A DNA stretch of 63,956 nucleotides, the filler included, from Elsinoe ampelina (lineage: Eukaryota): the NCBI GenBank assembly GCA_010093995.1. It is 11 parts of 11 records of this genome, joined end to end, with 100 filler letters (N's around TTAATTAATTAA, not from the genome) between each part and the next. Parts side by side here need not be neighbours in the genome. Positions count along the whole stretch, not along the records: positions 1 to 8,129 come from ML992581.1; positions 8,230 to 14,876 come from ML992585.1; 9 more parts are not named here. One strand, written 5' to 3'. Shown one piece after another: positions 1-14,200 of this stretch (position 1 is the first letter of the stretch; each line of letters starts with the position of its first letter). The position numbers were made by a program, and so were the translations under genes. Under the pieces are notes generated by a model that saw nothing but the letters and a program-made list of their open reading frames with translations, ran no database searches and was not told where the DNA came from.

Positions 1-514
1 TAACTATAAAGGAGTCTTAGAAAGCAATAATAAGATTACCCTTTACTACTAAGATTAATAGTAATAACTAAGTAGCTCTTTTACTTATAAAGGAGCTATA
101 TACTTATAAAAGGGCAAAACACATTAATATTGCTTACTACTACGTTAGGAGGCTATAGAGGAACTAGAGGATATAGGTTAAGTTTATAAGGACAGTAGAC
201 ATAGTAGCTAATAGGTTAACTAAGCTATTATAAGGTTAGAACTTTACAAGGTTTATAAAGTAACTTAGCTTATTATTAACCTAATAGCTTATCTATAGGA
301 GCTAAGTAGAAGTGTTAAGAATATAGCTCTCTCTAGATAATTAGGCCTAAAGGTTATATAACTATAAGTTATATAATGCTAAGTCCTAGGGATTTATAGC
401 TGTTCTTTCTTTCGGTAGATAGACTCCTTAATTAATTAACTTATCTATTACCTAAGTAGTGTGCGGATTAGTTCTATATAATACTCTATCCCTAAACGTG
501 CCTTCTACTTAACA
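1..514 (+). mobile_element. Ty1/Copia 3' end (RNase H remnant, PPT, 202-bp LTR 313-514), RIP-inactivated, inserted in the MULE
   Basis: De-RIPped RAKHIDIAYHYVR...MVADGLTKPL at ~110-230; LTR TGTTAAG...CTTAACA; same LTR at 27388-27589. Confidence 0.85.
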
Positions 515-3008
515 AATAATATATAAGACATAAGAGATATATATAAAATATATAAGAAAAAGCTCTTTATTATAAATAAGTAATTTAGAGGTTTTATAAT
601 CTAAATAATATATACTCTATATAGTAATATTATTAAGCTAGTATATATTCTTAAATAAATTCTTCTTTAGGTAGTAAATTTTAATATATTAAAGATAATA
701 TAGCTTAAGTAGATACTTATTAGAAAGGTATCTAATATTTAAGCTATAAATTTAAAATTTAACCTTAAGGAAGTAGTATTTATATCTAGAGTTCTTATTA
801 GTAATAAAGCTATTTAAGCTCTTATTGTTATATTACTTTATTCTCTACGTGTTTCTATTGTAATAGAATTTAGCTAGTTTATATAGTAGTAGTAATCTAT
901 AAATCTACTTATAGAACATAAGTAATCTCTTATAATTAAATTAGTTATTATAGATAAGATATACCTTAAACTCGAGATTAAGAGTTAAGAATAAGATAGG
1001 TTAAGTTTAGCTAAGCTTCTAATAGTATATTACGCTATAGACGCTAATAAGGGTTAATTTAATTAATTATTATAGATAATTAGTTTTAGAGATAAATAAG
1101 TAGTTTATAAAAGCAAGGTAGGCTATAGATAAGCTAAAAGCTATATATATACTCTAGCTAAGAGAGATTTAAATTTAATTATTAAAAACAAATAAAATCT
1201 TATACTTTTTTAACTTAATCTTATAGTATATAAAAGGCTTATTAATAGACTTACTTATATAATTGTTACTAGAGAATATTATTCTTATTTATAAAAAGAT
1301 ATATAGAGTTAAAGATATTATTATTATTAAGAGCTTCTAAAGCACTTATAAAATAGTAGTCTACGCCTTAAACGAAGGTAGATATATTATATCTTAAAGA
1401 TTTAAGGTTCTTCTTTAAGGTATAATATATATCTTTAATAAGTAATATAGTATAATAGCTATAGTTATAGATATTCTAAGTCTATATAGTAATATACTTC
1501 TCTTTATAGATCTACTATTCTTACTTAAGGTATCTTAATTCTTATAGCTAGTATATCTCTAGTAAATAATATATAACTTAGAAAGTATCTTCTAAGGTTG
1601 CTTTAATTACTTAATAGTAATACGCTATAAATACTACTAATTCTATACTATCCTTTCTAAGATACTTTATTATATATACTTTAATATCTTTATTCTAATA
1701 CTATTTATAGAGAAGTATTAGTACTAAAGAATATTATTATAATAGTATATTAAGAAGAGCTCTTTCTTAATCTATAATAAACACCTAAGGTAAAGGTATC
1801 TATTCCTATTTAAAGAGAGTAAAGAGCTATTATAACACCTAGAGATAATCTTCTATACGTTTCTATACTATAAACAAAAGAGTAATTAGTATAACCTTCT
1901 TATTACTAGTAATACTATAGATATTTATAATAGGTAAGCTATACCTATTTATCTTATACGTATAGTCTATAAAGATAACGTTATAGTGTTACTATATATA
2001 ATAACGTATATAAGGTAGTAAGAAGAATAGTCTATAAAGATAAGAGTTCTTATCTTTATTATATCGAAAGAACTAGTTTTATTGTCTAAACTATTTAATT
2101 ATTTCTTATATTTAAGTATAGACTCCTTAGAAATTCTATTATAATAGATATACTTAAAGGTTATAAATATTAGTTAGACATTAAATTATATTCTTAATGC
2201 CTAGTCTCTTTCGTAGCTAATTAAGAATAGCCTTTAGCTTAATTCTAGATTCTATCGATGTATAGAGATTAGTAAGTAGCTCTAATTATTAGGAATATTA
2301 ATAATAGCTTAAGCTATAGAGCTAAGTTAGAGAGTAGTTATAAATAAAGCTCTAATTATTAGTAGTATATTTAATAAAGAATATACCTTCTCTTTGTTGT
2401 AGGTATAGAACTATTAGACAATTATTCTTTCTACTTCGTTTCTAATGTTTCCTTTTAGATTTATTAATTCGTTTATAGTAAAGAGGTCTAAAGTAGTAGC
2501 TATATTTCCGAGACTATTCTTTCTAATAATTATATATAATAGTTAGATTAAAGCTATACTCTTATATCTAGTAATAAATGTATTTAGAGGCGATTTTAAA
2601 CGTTAGAAACGAATCTTCTAGAGGAGGTTTAATCCGTATCTATTTGTCTATATCTAAACTTAAGTCTAACTATAATTCTTTAGAAGAAGAGTTATTACTA
2701 ACAACTATATCTTTAGGAATATTAAGTAGCTACGCGTCCTGCTCGTTAGTAACGCTTTCTACGTTAATAAGTAATCTTTAGAGTATTTATATAAGCTTAG
2801 CATTATTAAGCTTGTTTAGAACGATTAGATCTAGAAGGAATAACTCCTCCTATAATTATGTAGAGGTTTCTATAAGGAATTATCGTTATGAACGAACAGT
2901 ACAATATTTTATAAGTATAGAAGCACTCTTGCCGCACTTAGCTGAAGTTTAAACCGAAATTGGCTTAGAGGGGGCACCGGATAAAATTTTTGGGGGCACC
3001 GAATAACA
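515..3008 (-). mobile_element. Mutator-like (MULE) DNA transposon, RIP-inactivated, one terminus at ~2940-3008
   Basis: Minus-strand de-RIPped motifs MDCTYKTNRY (~1930-1985), PIALLF..E.TEDYLW (~1840-1900), DRERALLNAL (~1745-1775), LLCxWH (~1695-1720); terminus has a repeated CGGTGCCCCC. Confidence 0.85.
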
Positions 3009-5082
3009 ATGGCCGAACGCCTCACGATCCATCGTCGTCGGCGGAAAAACGGCGTACCTGATGGGTATCATGAACGCAACCGAATGAAACAGCCAGGGCA
3101 CTGAGCACCAGGCAACGTGCAGCAGTAGGTACATCCAGAAATCTCTCGAGTAGTTCGGATGTTTCTCGGTTGCACGGCGGATAGCAGATGCCACGGCTAC
3201 CCAACAGAGCGTGGCGTAGAGCGCGTGATACCATGCACCATCCCTGAACATGACGGAGTGGAGTCGGCGCAAGACGTTCGGACGACGAGATGGTTCCCTT
3301 TCCTTCATCGCCGGTCTTATTGAGCCTGTTGCGACAAATCGCATGACGGTCCCTCCGAGCCAACCGGGGAGCAAGATGGACTTGATGTGAGCAATGGTCC
3401 GGTCTGGTAGTGTCAGTATGTGATCGTATCACACCACGATGATCGCTTACATGGCGCCATCCAGGACTCATTGGCTGATGCTCTCATACAAAGACGATCT
3501 GTAGTCGCGAGAGATACGATCATAAGATCCATTCCGGTAGCGATGAATGCAGCGGCCGAAGCTCGTACCATTTTGGGTAGCTCATCGTCCTCGACCTGTG
3601 GCGCAAACGGCTTTCCTTGAAACAGCAGGATCAAGCTGACCCACATGTAGATGTTATTGATGATAAGTTTGATCTCTCTGAATGGCGGCAAGAACATATA
3701 CAATCTCTGTAGCAGTGTCATCTGTCGAGCTGATGCGCGGTCCAGGTACATATTCATGGCGAGACCAGATTGGATTGTGCCAACACTCTACACGCAGTCT
3801 GTCAGTCAATGCTCGTGACGCTGAACAGTCGACCTTACCCAACGTGTATACTGCTTCAAATGGCCGGTGAACGTTTCAGGCACGAGCCCATACTGGAGAG
3901 CTTCGGCCAGGTACGCAACATTCCAGCCCGCGCAGTATCATGCTGCTGAGGTGGACATCTTCGGACAGCGTCTGACCGGGAAAGCCTCCCACTTGGTGGA
4001 CCGCTTCCTTCTTTACTACGAAGCCGGATCCTGTGCACCAAGCACATCCTGCCATATCCTTGATAAGCTCTGCCCATTTGAAGGTGACGTTGAGGGTCTG
4101 CTGAAGAGGATCATTGACGGGCTGATTGTAGCAGCTCTGTAATCATGTCAGCTCAAATCGACCCTCGACGAAGAATCAAGACATACAGGAGGCGGATTGG
4201 TAAGAGCAAGGTTACTGTCAAGCAAGAAATGCGCCATGGATGATCTCAAGAATGTCTTCTCCGGAATCACATCGGCATCAAGGTTGGCAAAGAAGGGGAA
4301 GTGATCTCCAGGCAAATTGTCTGCGAAGGACATGGCGTGGTTGAGATTACTCGCTTTGTTGCGATTGTCTGGCGTTTTGATACGGGCGGTATAGCTCAGT
4401 GCCGGACCTAGGGCATCCTGCTGCAGGTTACTTATGGCACGTCGCAGCTCAGCTGAATCTCCGTCGTCGGTGACGGTGACTCTGAGTCGGTCGCTGGGGT
4501 AATCGAGATCGAGTGCAGCTCTGACGGTGTCAAGGATGATGTCAACATCCTCTCCGCAGCAAGCGATAACCAGATCAACGCCCGGAAGGTCTGCACCCAA
4601 AGCTAAGAGGCGTCTTCTCGGTCTACAGAGCAGGACTACCAGAGCGTCGACGATTGTTTTCATGCAGTCCGGAGCTATTCCCTGTCAGCCGGGCCGGTCA
4701 AGATGAACAGCCCAGACCTACCTAGGACGAGTAGCTCTACCACGGAGAAAGCGAGTCGCCACGAGTATCCGCTACGGTGCCACTGTGCGCCCATTGTGAG
4801 TACGTAGTAGTGAAGCTGAAGTGCCAGTGTCGCCATTCCAACGAATGGAAGGAGAGGCAGGAGGACAAGCTTGGCGAATCGGTTGATGGTCAACCAGTCT
4901 TTAGTATCGTTCTCAACGATCACACTCTGTCCGAGATTGTCGAGTTCTCCAGCGAACAGATCGGTTTTCTCGGGGAGCCAGCCGTCACTTGGCGATAACA
5001 AAGGAGACGCTGTGCGAGATGTGCCAGGTGTGAGGACAAGAAGCTGGCGCACAAGGCTAAGAACCCGCTTCCTACCCAGCAT
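3009..5082 (-). pseudogene. Processive glycosyltransferase family 2 (cellulose synthase-like) pseudogene, multi-exon
   Basis: DDG, KASNLN, DAD, CTGSG, SED and QYTRW (QxxRW) motifs; intron 4137-4186 and others; frameshift at ~3930; 3' end cut by the MULE. Confidence 0.85.
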
Positions 5083-5536
5083 GCTGTAGGTCGTCGAGGC
5101 AATGACAGATCTGGCTCCTATCTGGATATCGGGCTGGGTCGAATAAGCGGTGGGTTCCCTCGTGTGATGTCGGTGAAGAATGAATGTGCTTGGAAGGAGT
5201 CGTGCACATTCAGAGAAGCATCGGAAGGAAGCTGTTCTATACCTACCAAAACACCTGCAATACATCGGCAATCTCAACGTCGTCGGCTTGCATACATTGA
5301 CTTATCCGAGTACGTCTGACTGGTCCTCTATTCGCCATCTTCCTCGACATGGTTGCTCGGCGCGGAATCGGGCATACCGACCTGGTCTATCCGGTAAGAG
5401 ACTTTGGACTGGATTGGTCTGGACATCATCATACCGATTGACTGCTAGCAACATGGTCGTCACACATACTGGGCTTCGGAACGGATGGTGGTGGTGTAAC
5501 CGATGGCGCCTCAAAACACCTCGAGCCGGCATTATA

Positions 5537-5659
5537 ACCGAGATTTTTAGGTTCAGATACTAAGTTCTGGTAGTTATTGTACTATAACACCTACCGGCCT
5601 GGGGTTCCTTAGAAACAGAGTACGTTTCCAGGTGTAACTGACACCCTGAAAATCTCGGT
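5537..5659. repeat. Small imperfect inverted repeat, possible MITE
   Basis: ACCGAGATTTTTAGGTTCAGATAC vs reverse complement of the right end ACCGAGATTTTCAGGGTGTCAGTTAC. Confidence 0.4.
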
Positions 5660-6098
5660 ACCATAGACCTGGAACGTCTCGGTTGTGTCGCTTTTTTGCT
5701 TCGTCCAAACGCAAAGGAACCGGCTCGACATTAGCTCAATTCTGATATGAAATATGATCGCAAGTTTCCGGCTGGAATATTTGACTACGAAGGGCAGATT
5801 TCCGGCCTCTGGCGGTCAACCTCACGGTCTGGCGGGGACTAAGCAAGCCCGATTGCAGTAAGGACGCTGGTTCAGCTTATGCACGACATAATCGGTTGTA
5901 CCGACCGAAGAGGATGTATCCATGGCAAGTACGTATACGCTATCTGAAAAATTGCTCATTATTTCTGTCCCTTTGCCTTCACAAATCGAGCTGCAAATTC
6001 TGGTGGACTCATCCAGGTCTCACTCTGCACTGCGTTGTGTCCATATCTGTCCGCCAGGAAATCACGAGTTGAGTTTGTGAACGTCTGGAATCGATCAG

Positions 6099-7258
6099 TC
6101 AGATATGTCTGATGTCTCTCCATCCGGGTCTCACTTTGTAGATCTTCATGTTATTGTCACGAGCGCCTCCATCCGAAGTATCTGAGCTCCCTCGGTTCTG
6201 CTTGTCATATTCGTGGAACAGTGGAGGTGTCACTGACAAACAGTGCAGTCCAGTTCTGCAATGGTTGGCCAAGTCTGTATCGTAATGGGAATCAAGATTC
6301 TGCTCCATTCGGAACCTGGGAAGTATGAGTGAGTGCCACTATGAGCATGCCGAGGATAATACAAGATTTTTTGAGCTCCTTGATATGACACAGCATATCC
6401 GAAGGTACATAGCGGGAAGTCACTGCGGTGGACCGTTCTACTCTGATCGGGGAACATGTGCTGGTCGTTGAATTCAGGGGAGCTGTCCGAGGTTACCGGT
6501 ACGGTGACGTCGTTGTACTGAAAGGCTTCAATGTCATCTGACAGTACCCTGTAGGTCTCAGCAACGAGATCGAATGTCATCAAGCGGCACTTACGAGTCT
6601 CCCATGTGGCCCAACCAAAGGATACTACCACTGTTAGCCGTGCTTGGCGATTAGTCTGCCCACATACTCCCAGTCGTGCGGCACTCCCTTCTCGACCATA
6701 TGGCTCCACAGACTTGTCATTTGATCCCTGATGCGGACGTCCCAATCTACATCATCTTCTAGGATCAGCGCAGTCGGTACACGATTGTGTACAATACTGC
6801 ATCGGGTCAGTGGTGGTAGACCGAATACGAGTGGGAACTGACTAGCGCAAGATGTTCAGATGAGCCCGCCAGCTGGCCAAGTATCCATCTTGGAATTCAA
6901 GATGACGACCCTGACAAATGTGAGCTGGGTCGTCTAGTCGATTTTGAGGTATCTTACTCGAGGAACCTCCTTTGGAGATAACGCAGAGGCATCTACGCCA
7001 TCAGCAAAGTCAATATGTAAATCGGTTTCGGCCGCCATGATGTCGATCATATCACGCCTGTCCCTCCTCGATGGCAAGCTCAAGACAAAGATGTTTCGGA
7101 ATCCCAGTGTGGAATTGGTTGAGTGTGAAAGACGTCCCGATAATGCGACAGGCTCATTCCAGCTCGAGAATGAAACGAGTAAAGAAATTATTAAGAAGAC
7201 GAAGACGGCGAATAGCCACGTTGACCTGGTAGTATTCCCTGGACATCATGATGCTCAT
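6099..7258 (-). pseudogene. Glycosyltransferase family 25-like pseudogene
   Basis: Signal anchor, then NSTLGFRNIFVLSLPSRRDRRD, WRAHLN, ALILEDDVDWDVRI, PLCTFGYAVSYQGAQKILY; the ATG is out of frame and there is a frameshift/deletion after DVRIRDQ. Confidence 0.8.
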
Positions 7259-7469
7259 CTCTGCTTGTGATAGACCAACTCACAAGAGACCCTCCAGCTG
7301 GGCGGCGAGCACTATACTTACAATATATTCGAACGCTCATCTCAACGGAAAACATGCCGGGCCGTATTTGATGAACTAGACGATTTTGGCTGGACATGTG
7401 GTAGGATGCAGAAGACCGCGTGTCGGACGTGAGATCGAGATGCGGAAACCAATCTTCAATTTGTAGAAC

Positions 7470-8129
7470 TGTTGACTTGTGTGGGGGAGGAAAAAGGATT
7501 AATTACTACCTGATCCACCAAACTGAGGTGGATTGTAACTATATAAATACTTAACCTGATAAACTAAGAGATAGATAAATTAATAGAACTCCTGAGTAAT
7601 AATAGATTAAGACAATAACTATCTAATTTAATTATAAATTAGTAGAGTAGTAGATAAGTGTTTAGTTCTACTAAGGGATAAACTAAATTAGGGTCCTTCT
7701 TAGCGCTCTAGCTTATACCTCGGTTAATACACCCCTTTACTAAATAGCTATAAGGCTGTTATAGCTAGTTAGTAGACTACTAACTCGAGGGATAGCTATT
7801 ATAAGAAGGCCTTATACCTTCTAGGTAGTAATAACTTAGTTAATCTATTAGCTAGTGTATCTACTAATAGTGTCTATATAACTAAGATAGGACTAGATAG
7901 ATCTCTAGCTTAATTAATCTCTTGTTTTAGCTAATAATAATAAATATTAATATAGCGAAGGTATGTATTTAGCTTCTTAATTAGAGTAGTAATAAGACTA
8001 ATTATTTGCTAATTATTACACTAAATACTAATATACTTAAGAGAATAGATAGAGGCTATTAGCCTCCTCTACTATATAGCTTACTTAGTAGTCTCTATAA
8101 GAGTAAGTAATTTAGCTTCTATACTTAAG
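7470..8129 (-). mobile_element. Ty1/Copia 3' end (LTR 7470-7729, PPT, RNase H remnant)
   Basis: LTR is the reverse complement of 44713-44971; de-RIPped LADGLTK on minus at ~7835-7855. Confidence 0.85.
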
Positions 8130-8229
8130 NNNNNNNNNNNNNNNNNNNNNNNNNNNNNNNNNNNNNNNNNNNNTTAATTAATTAANNNNNNNNNNNNNNN
8201 NNNNNNNNNNNNNNNNNNNNNNNNNNNNN
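8130..8229. other. Artificial contig linker; also at 14877-14976, 21477-21576, 27932-28031, 33924-34023, 39706-39805, 45442-45541, 51145-51244, 56542-56641, 61854-61953
   Basis: Identical 100-bp N-run with a central six-frame stop TTAATTAATTAA; contigs sorted by length. Confidence 0.98.
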
Positions 8230-11200
8230 GCGTAGAGACGCTAGGACTAATTAAACTACTAGGGTTATTACGTGACCTAGCCCGACGTTTACCTAGTTCT
8301 CTATCTTCTCTAGTAGCTCTACCCCGGGGACTATAGAGTATATAGGTTACTAGCGGACGTGTACTCTATATTGCCCCTAACTCTCGCTATAGAGTATATA
8401 GAGTACATAGAGTACATAGTAAAAAACATATATATATAGGAGTAGTTCTTACCTTATATAAGTACTATAGTTAACCTCGTCTAGATAGCGAACACTAGTA
8501 TTACTAAGGCTAGCCTTTATAATACTATCTAATTGTACTTTATTATCTATAAGATATACCTTCTCTAACTCTTACCTTAGTACTATACTACTATAGAAGT
8601 AGAACTACCTTATTCTTAGCTTAGCTTAGACTACTAGTGTAGGCTATATTTAGACAGTTCGTAACATTTTAACTACCCTTACTATAGTATAGCACGCTAC
8701 GAGGTTAATAAGTAACTCTTGCTCTAAGTTACTATTAGCATCTTTAATCGCTAGTAAGCTAGGAAAGCTTACTATTAACGACATGTCTACTACTAGTTTA
8801 ACCTCGGGCAAACATAGAAGGTCTTTTAGTATAGAAGGACAGAGTAAGCCTAAGTTAGAAGTAGAACTCTTCTATAGGGACTACGCTTACTTAAGGCGCT
8901 TCCTTGTTTAACTTAAAGCCTTCTTTACCCTAGAGGGAGATAAGTACGCTAACGACGCAGCAAAGGTCCTCTATGCTAGGATACACCTTAAAGGCGCCGC
9001 CTTCGAGTAGTTTAAGCCTTATATAAGTAGCTACCTAGATAGATAACTAGGCCTAGATATAAAGGCTATTTTTAAGAGCTTTAGCATCTTCTAGGCAAAG
9101 ATTAAGCAAGTCTTTAACGTATCTAATAAGGAACGCGTCGCTATAATAAAGATCTAACAACTATAACAACGTAGGTCTATAGCCTAGTACTATTCCTAGT
9201 TCTAACAACTCGTAATGTATCTAGACTAGAACGATAGTACTAAACACTTAGTATTCTATTAAGGACTAAGCAACTTAGTTAAAAACTAAATAATACCCGA
9301 GCTGCCTAATAGCCTTTAGGAATTAGTAGATACTATAATTATTATCGACAATAGACTTTATAAACAACATATAGAACGTTATAGAGAATATAAGATAAAT
9401 ACTAGATATACGCGTTTCTCTCGAAACTATAGAGACCCTATAGAACTTAATACTATACGCGAAGGCTACCTCTTATAGGTACAAGGCTATAGCTATAGAG
9501 GAAAGTTCCTTAGTAGAAAAGAGAGAGAGAAGTATAGATAAGACAACTTATATTTTAAGTATAAAAGACCTAGGCATCGGGCTAGGGACTACTAACAAGA
9601 GGCGCTAGCCGATAGATTATATATAATAGTTGCTGGGCTAGTAGAGAAAAAGGCTAATACTACTATAGAAGACCTAACGACCTTTAGCGTAGGTAAGGAA
9701 ACATAGAAGAAGTCTATAATAACTCGAGAGGTAGTAGAATCCTCTCCGGATGTTATACTTAATATCTCTACAACTAATAGTAAATAACAAAGCTAATATA
9801 TAATGCTATTATAGATAGTATATTACAATAACTCTTGTTATATTTACTTATTAGACAAGTAGGGATCTAGTTAGTTCCTATATAAGCTGTCTAAGTATAG
9901 GCAACTAACAAAATAGCTAGACTAGAAACTCGACCTAGAAGAGCTCCCTATAATTAGTAGTAATAGTAACTAACCTTAAAAGGTAGTTAGTAACAATTAC
10001 TAATATACGATTATCGAGATGAAGTATTAGAACGTAAGTACTATATAATAATATAGTAGCCTTACCTTTAGCTCTTATAGCGAACTATAAGGAAAGGTAT
10101 ATTATATGTCGCTCTAGAAATGTACAAATCTAAATTATAAATAGTACTATACTATCTACTTACACGATGTACTTAGAGAAGAGACTATTAGTCTTAAATA
10201 CACTATAGACTTCTTAGTAATTAAAATAGATAGTACTATCCCCTATAGCTAAGTAAGAAAATATACTTAGTGTAGCCTTACTAACTATAACTATACTAGG
10301 GGTAGTAGCGACGAAGAGAAATATAACAAAGAATATACTAAATAACTATAATATAACAACATAGATAAGGACTTATCTAATAACAACAACGACGACAACA
10401 ATGTGCTACTACTAGGCAGACGACTTAAAGTATACCTTATAGGGATATAGAGGAATTATATAATAATATACACCTACTACTAGAATAGGACACGACAAGA
10501 TAAATCTATATAACTTGTTTTTGTCTTTAATGCTAACGCCTAGCTACACCTAGAAGAAATAGTTATACTAATATAGGTATATAACACTACTTAGTGTAAC
10601 TAGTAGAGAATTATTAGACTTTATAGTCACTAAGGGACTTAGGCGCTAGAAGTTTACCTTACTATATTAAATAGCGATAAAACACAACTTGCCTAATAGA
10701 TATAGTACTAATAGTAGATACGTGTAGAAAGGGATTAGCTACTTATCTAAGGAGCTATAATAACAAAAAACTAGCTAGTTGTCACCTAATAAGGCAAGAC
10801 AATAACACTAGCTAAAGCCTTAATATAATAAAGATCTACACGTTAAACTACTTTATACTAGAAGTTAAAATATAAGAGAGTAAGGTAAGAGTAATAATAG
10901 ATTCGGGAGCTAACTATAGCTACGTCTCTATAATAGTTACTAATTAGCTTAAACCTTATTAACACTAGAAGGAGTTACCTTACCTACTTACTATAGCAGA
11001 TAGAACCCCTATAGAAAAGAACAGAAAAGTCACTTAGGAACTATAAAATGTTATAATTAAAATTAAAATATATATAGAAAAACGATTAATCGATATAGTA
11101 GATATATAGTATAATATAGTACTTAGCATAGACTAGCTTTAATAACATAATCTAGACGTAGACTAGATTAAAGAAACACTTGAATTTCCTAAGTATAATT

Positions 11201-14200
11201 ATAGAACGTAGGGAGCATAATTAGCTCTGCGGATACTAACTATAAGAATAGTATAGATACGACTAATAGTTAGAGCTATCGCTAGCGTAAGTAATTAAGC
11301 ACTTCTACCGAAATATAAAGACTTCGAGGACTTATTTAAAGAAAGAAAAGATATTATAGCCTTACTCTAATATAAACTATAGAATTATAAAATACTCTTT
11401 AAAGAGAGTAAATCCCTAATACACTATTAAGGTCTTATACTACTATTAAAACAAGAGGAGAATATTCTTAAGGACTATATCGATAAGCACTTACTTAAAG
11501 GATTTATATAACTATTAAAATTACCTATTGCGCACGAAGTGCTTTTTATACCTAAAAAGGATAGGATGTTATAAATATGTATTAATTACTAGAAACTTAA
11601 TATACTTACTAGGAAGAATTACTATCCTCTACTAAGAATTAACAAACTTTAAGACTAACTACTTAGAGCTAAATAGTTTACTATAATTAATATTAGAGAC
11701 GCCTATTATTAAGTATAAATAAAGAAGAGTAAGAAGTAAAAGATAGCTTTTAGGACGTAATAGAGTCTATATAAGTACCTTGTTATACCCTTTAGGTTAA
11801 CTAACACTCCTATAACCTTCTAAGAGTTAATTAATAACACTCTATAAGAATACCTTAACAACTTTGTCTTAGCATATTTAGATAATATTATTATCTTCTT
11901 AAAGACGTATAATAAACATATAGGACATATTTATAAAGTGCTATAGAAACTAAAAGAAAAAGACCTACTAGTAAAGCTCTCTAAGTACAAGTTTTAAAAA
12001 CATAAGATACAATTTCTAAGCTATGTTATATCTACTAACAGCATCGGACCCGACCTAAAAAAGATTAAGTTAGTAAACGACTAGCTAGAACCTACTACAG
12101 TTAAGGAGGTTTAAGCGCTACTAGAGTTCTTTAACTACTACTATAAGTTTGTTAAAGAATTCTCTAAGGTAGCTACGCTAATATCTAACCTTATAAAGAA
12201 AGAAACTAGATTTATCTTCGATAAGAAATGTAAGTAGGCCTTTAAGGAGCTAAAGCTTAGACTTATAATAGTACCTATCCTAGCACTCTTCGACCTAGAC
12301 TAATAAGCACTACTAGAAACGGATGCCTTAGACTTTGTAATAGGAGCGTGTCTAGCGTAGAAGGACGCGGAAGAACAATACTACCTAATTGTATATTACT
12401 TACGAAAAATAACTAGACCTAAACTTAACTACGACATATACGATAAGGAGTTACTTGCGATTATAGAGGTATTCTACAAATAGAGAGTATACCTAGAAGG
12501 AACGACCTTACCTGTGTAAGTCTATACCGACTATAAGAACCTATTATATTAGACAATAACTAAGGTTCTTAATAGACAACAGGTTTAATAGTTAGAAACA
12601 CTTATAAGCTATAACTTTTAGATCTACTATGTTAAGGAATTAGAGAATAGTAGAGTAGATACTCTTAGCCGACAACTGGATTACTTAAAGAACATAATAA
12701 TAATAGAGGCCTCTATACTAAAGTAGTAAGATAGTGCTCTAGTCTATAAGCACCCGAAGGTAAAGTAGTTATATAGCCTTACCTAGGAGCTTACGTAAGA
12801 ATAGAAGAAAGAAGTTATTTAAATACACTATAATAACCTAATAGTAGAGCATAGTAGGATCGATAAGACTATTAAACTTATTATATAAAACTACCTATAG
12901 AAAGGACTCTAAAACGATATTAAGACGTATATTGCCGTATACGATATATGCTACAAGTCTAAGCACTTACGATACAAGCTATATAGCCTATTATAACCCT
13001 TACTACCACTAGATAAACTATAGCAATTAGTTACGATAGACTTTATAGGACCTTTACCGCTATTAGAAGAACCTCTTATAGGTATAAAGTATAATAGTAT
13101 CCTAGTCCTAGTAGATAGGTTTACGAAGTATTACTACTTTGTACTATATAAGACAATAGTAACTACCGAGGATATAGTCTTTACCTTCCTTCGAATAATT
13201 GTTTTATAATATAGAGTACTACGAGACCTAATAACTAATAGAGATAAGCTATTTACGTCACAATTCTAGTAATCATTTATAGATCTAATAGAAGTTAAAT
13301 ATAAGCTATTAACCTCCTTTTATCTATAGACGGACAGACAAACTAAATAGGCAAATTAAGTACTAGAGTAGTACCTACGATACTACCTAAACTATAAGTA
13401 AGACTTATAGGCGACGCTATTACTGCTCGTAGAGCTCGCTATTAATAATAGAAAGTTAGTAAATAGAATTTCACTATTCTACGTAAACTATAGAATATAC
13501 CCGGATCTACACTATAACATACTCAAAATTAAGCTAATATCTAAGGACGCTAACATACTAGTAGCTAATATTAAGAAACTATATAACTAGCTATACTACG
13601 ATATAGCATTTATATTACAAAGAATAGTAGAGTTTGCTAACTAGAAGAGAATTATAGGACTAATTCTATAGGAGGGAGAGAAAGTTTACCTCCTTAGTAA
13701 AAACATTAAAACGAAGTAACTAAGTAAGAAACTTAACTATACTAAGCTAGGACCCTTTAAGATCCTAGAAAAGAAAAACAAGAACGTATATAAACTAGAA
13801 CTACTAAGACATATAAGGATCTATCTAGTCTTTTATATATTACTACTAGAGAAAGCACTATAGAATACTATACCTAGACCTATCGAACTAGATAAAGAAA
13901 CATAAGAGCTATAGTACAAGATCGAAAGAGTTTTATATTATAAACTTATAAAAGGAAAACGCTACTATCTTATTTACTAGAAGGGACATTAGTATAGCGA
14001 AGTAATATAGGAACTAGAGGAGTACCTTACCTCGTAAGTAATTCTAGATTACTAGATCGAGAACCTATCCTAAGTAAACCGACTAGACGGACCTAGCACT
14101 CTAAACACTAAATAAAAACAAGGACGCCTAAGGAAGATTACTTAACTAATAGAAGCACCTTAATCGTTACTAAGTAAGAAACTCTAATCGGAGTTAGGCA

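Noticed and set aside
2578..2781. 67-aa plus-strand ORF
   Set aside because: Antisense to the RIPped MULE transposase, with TpA-biased composition
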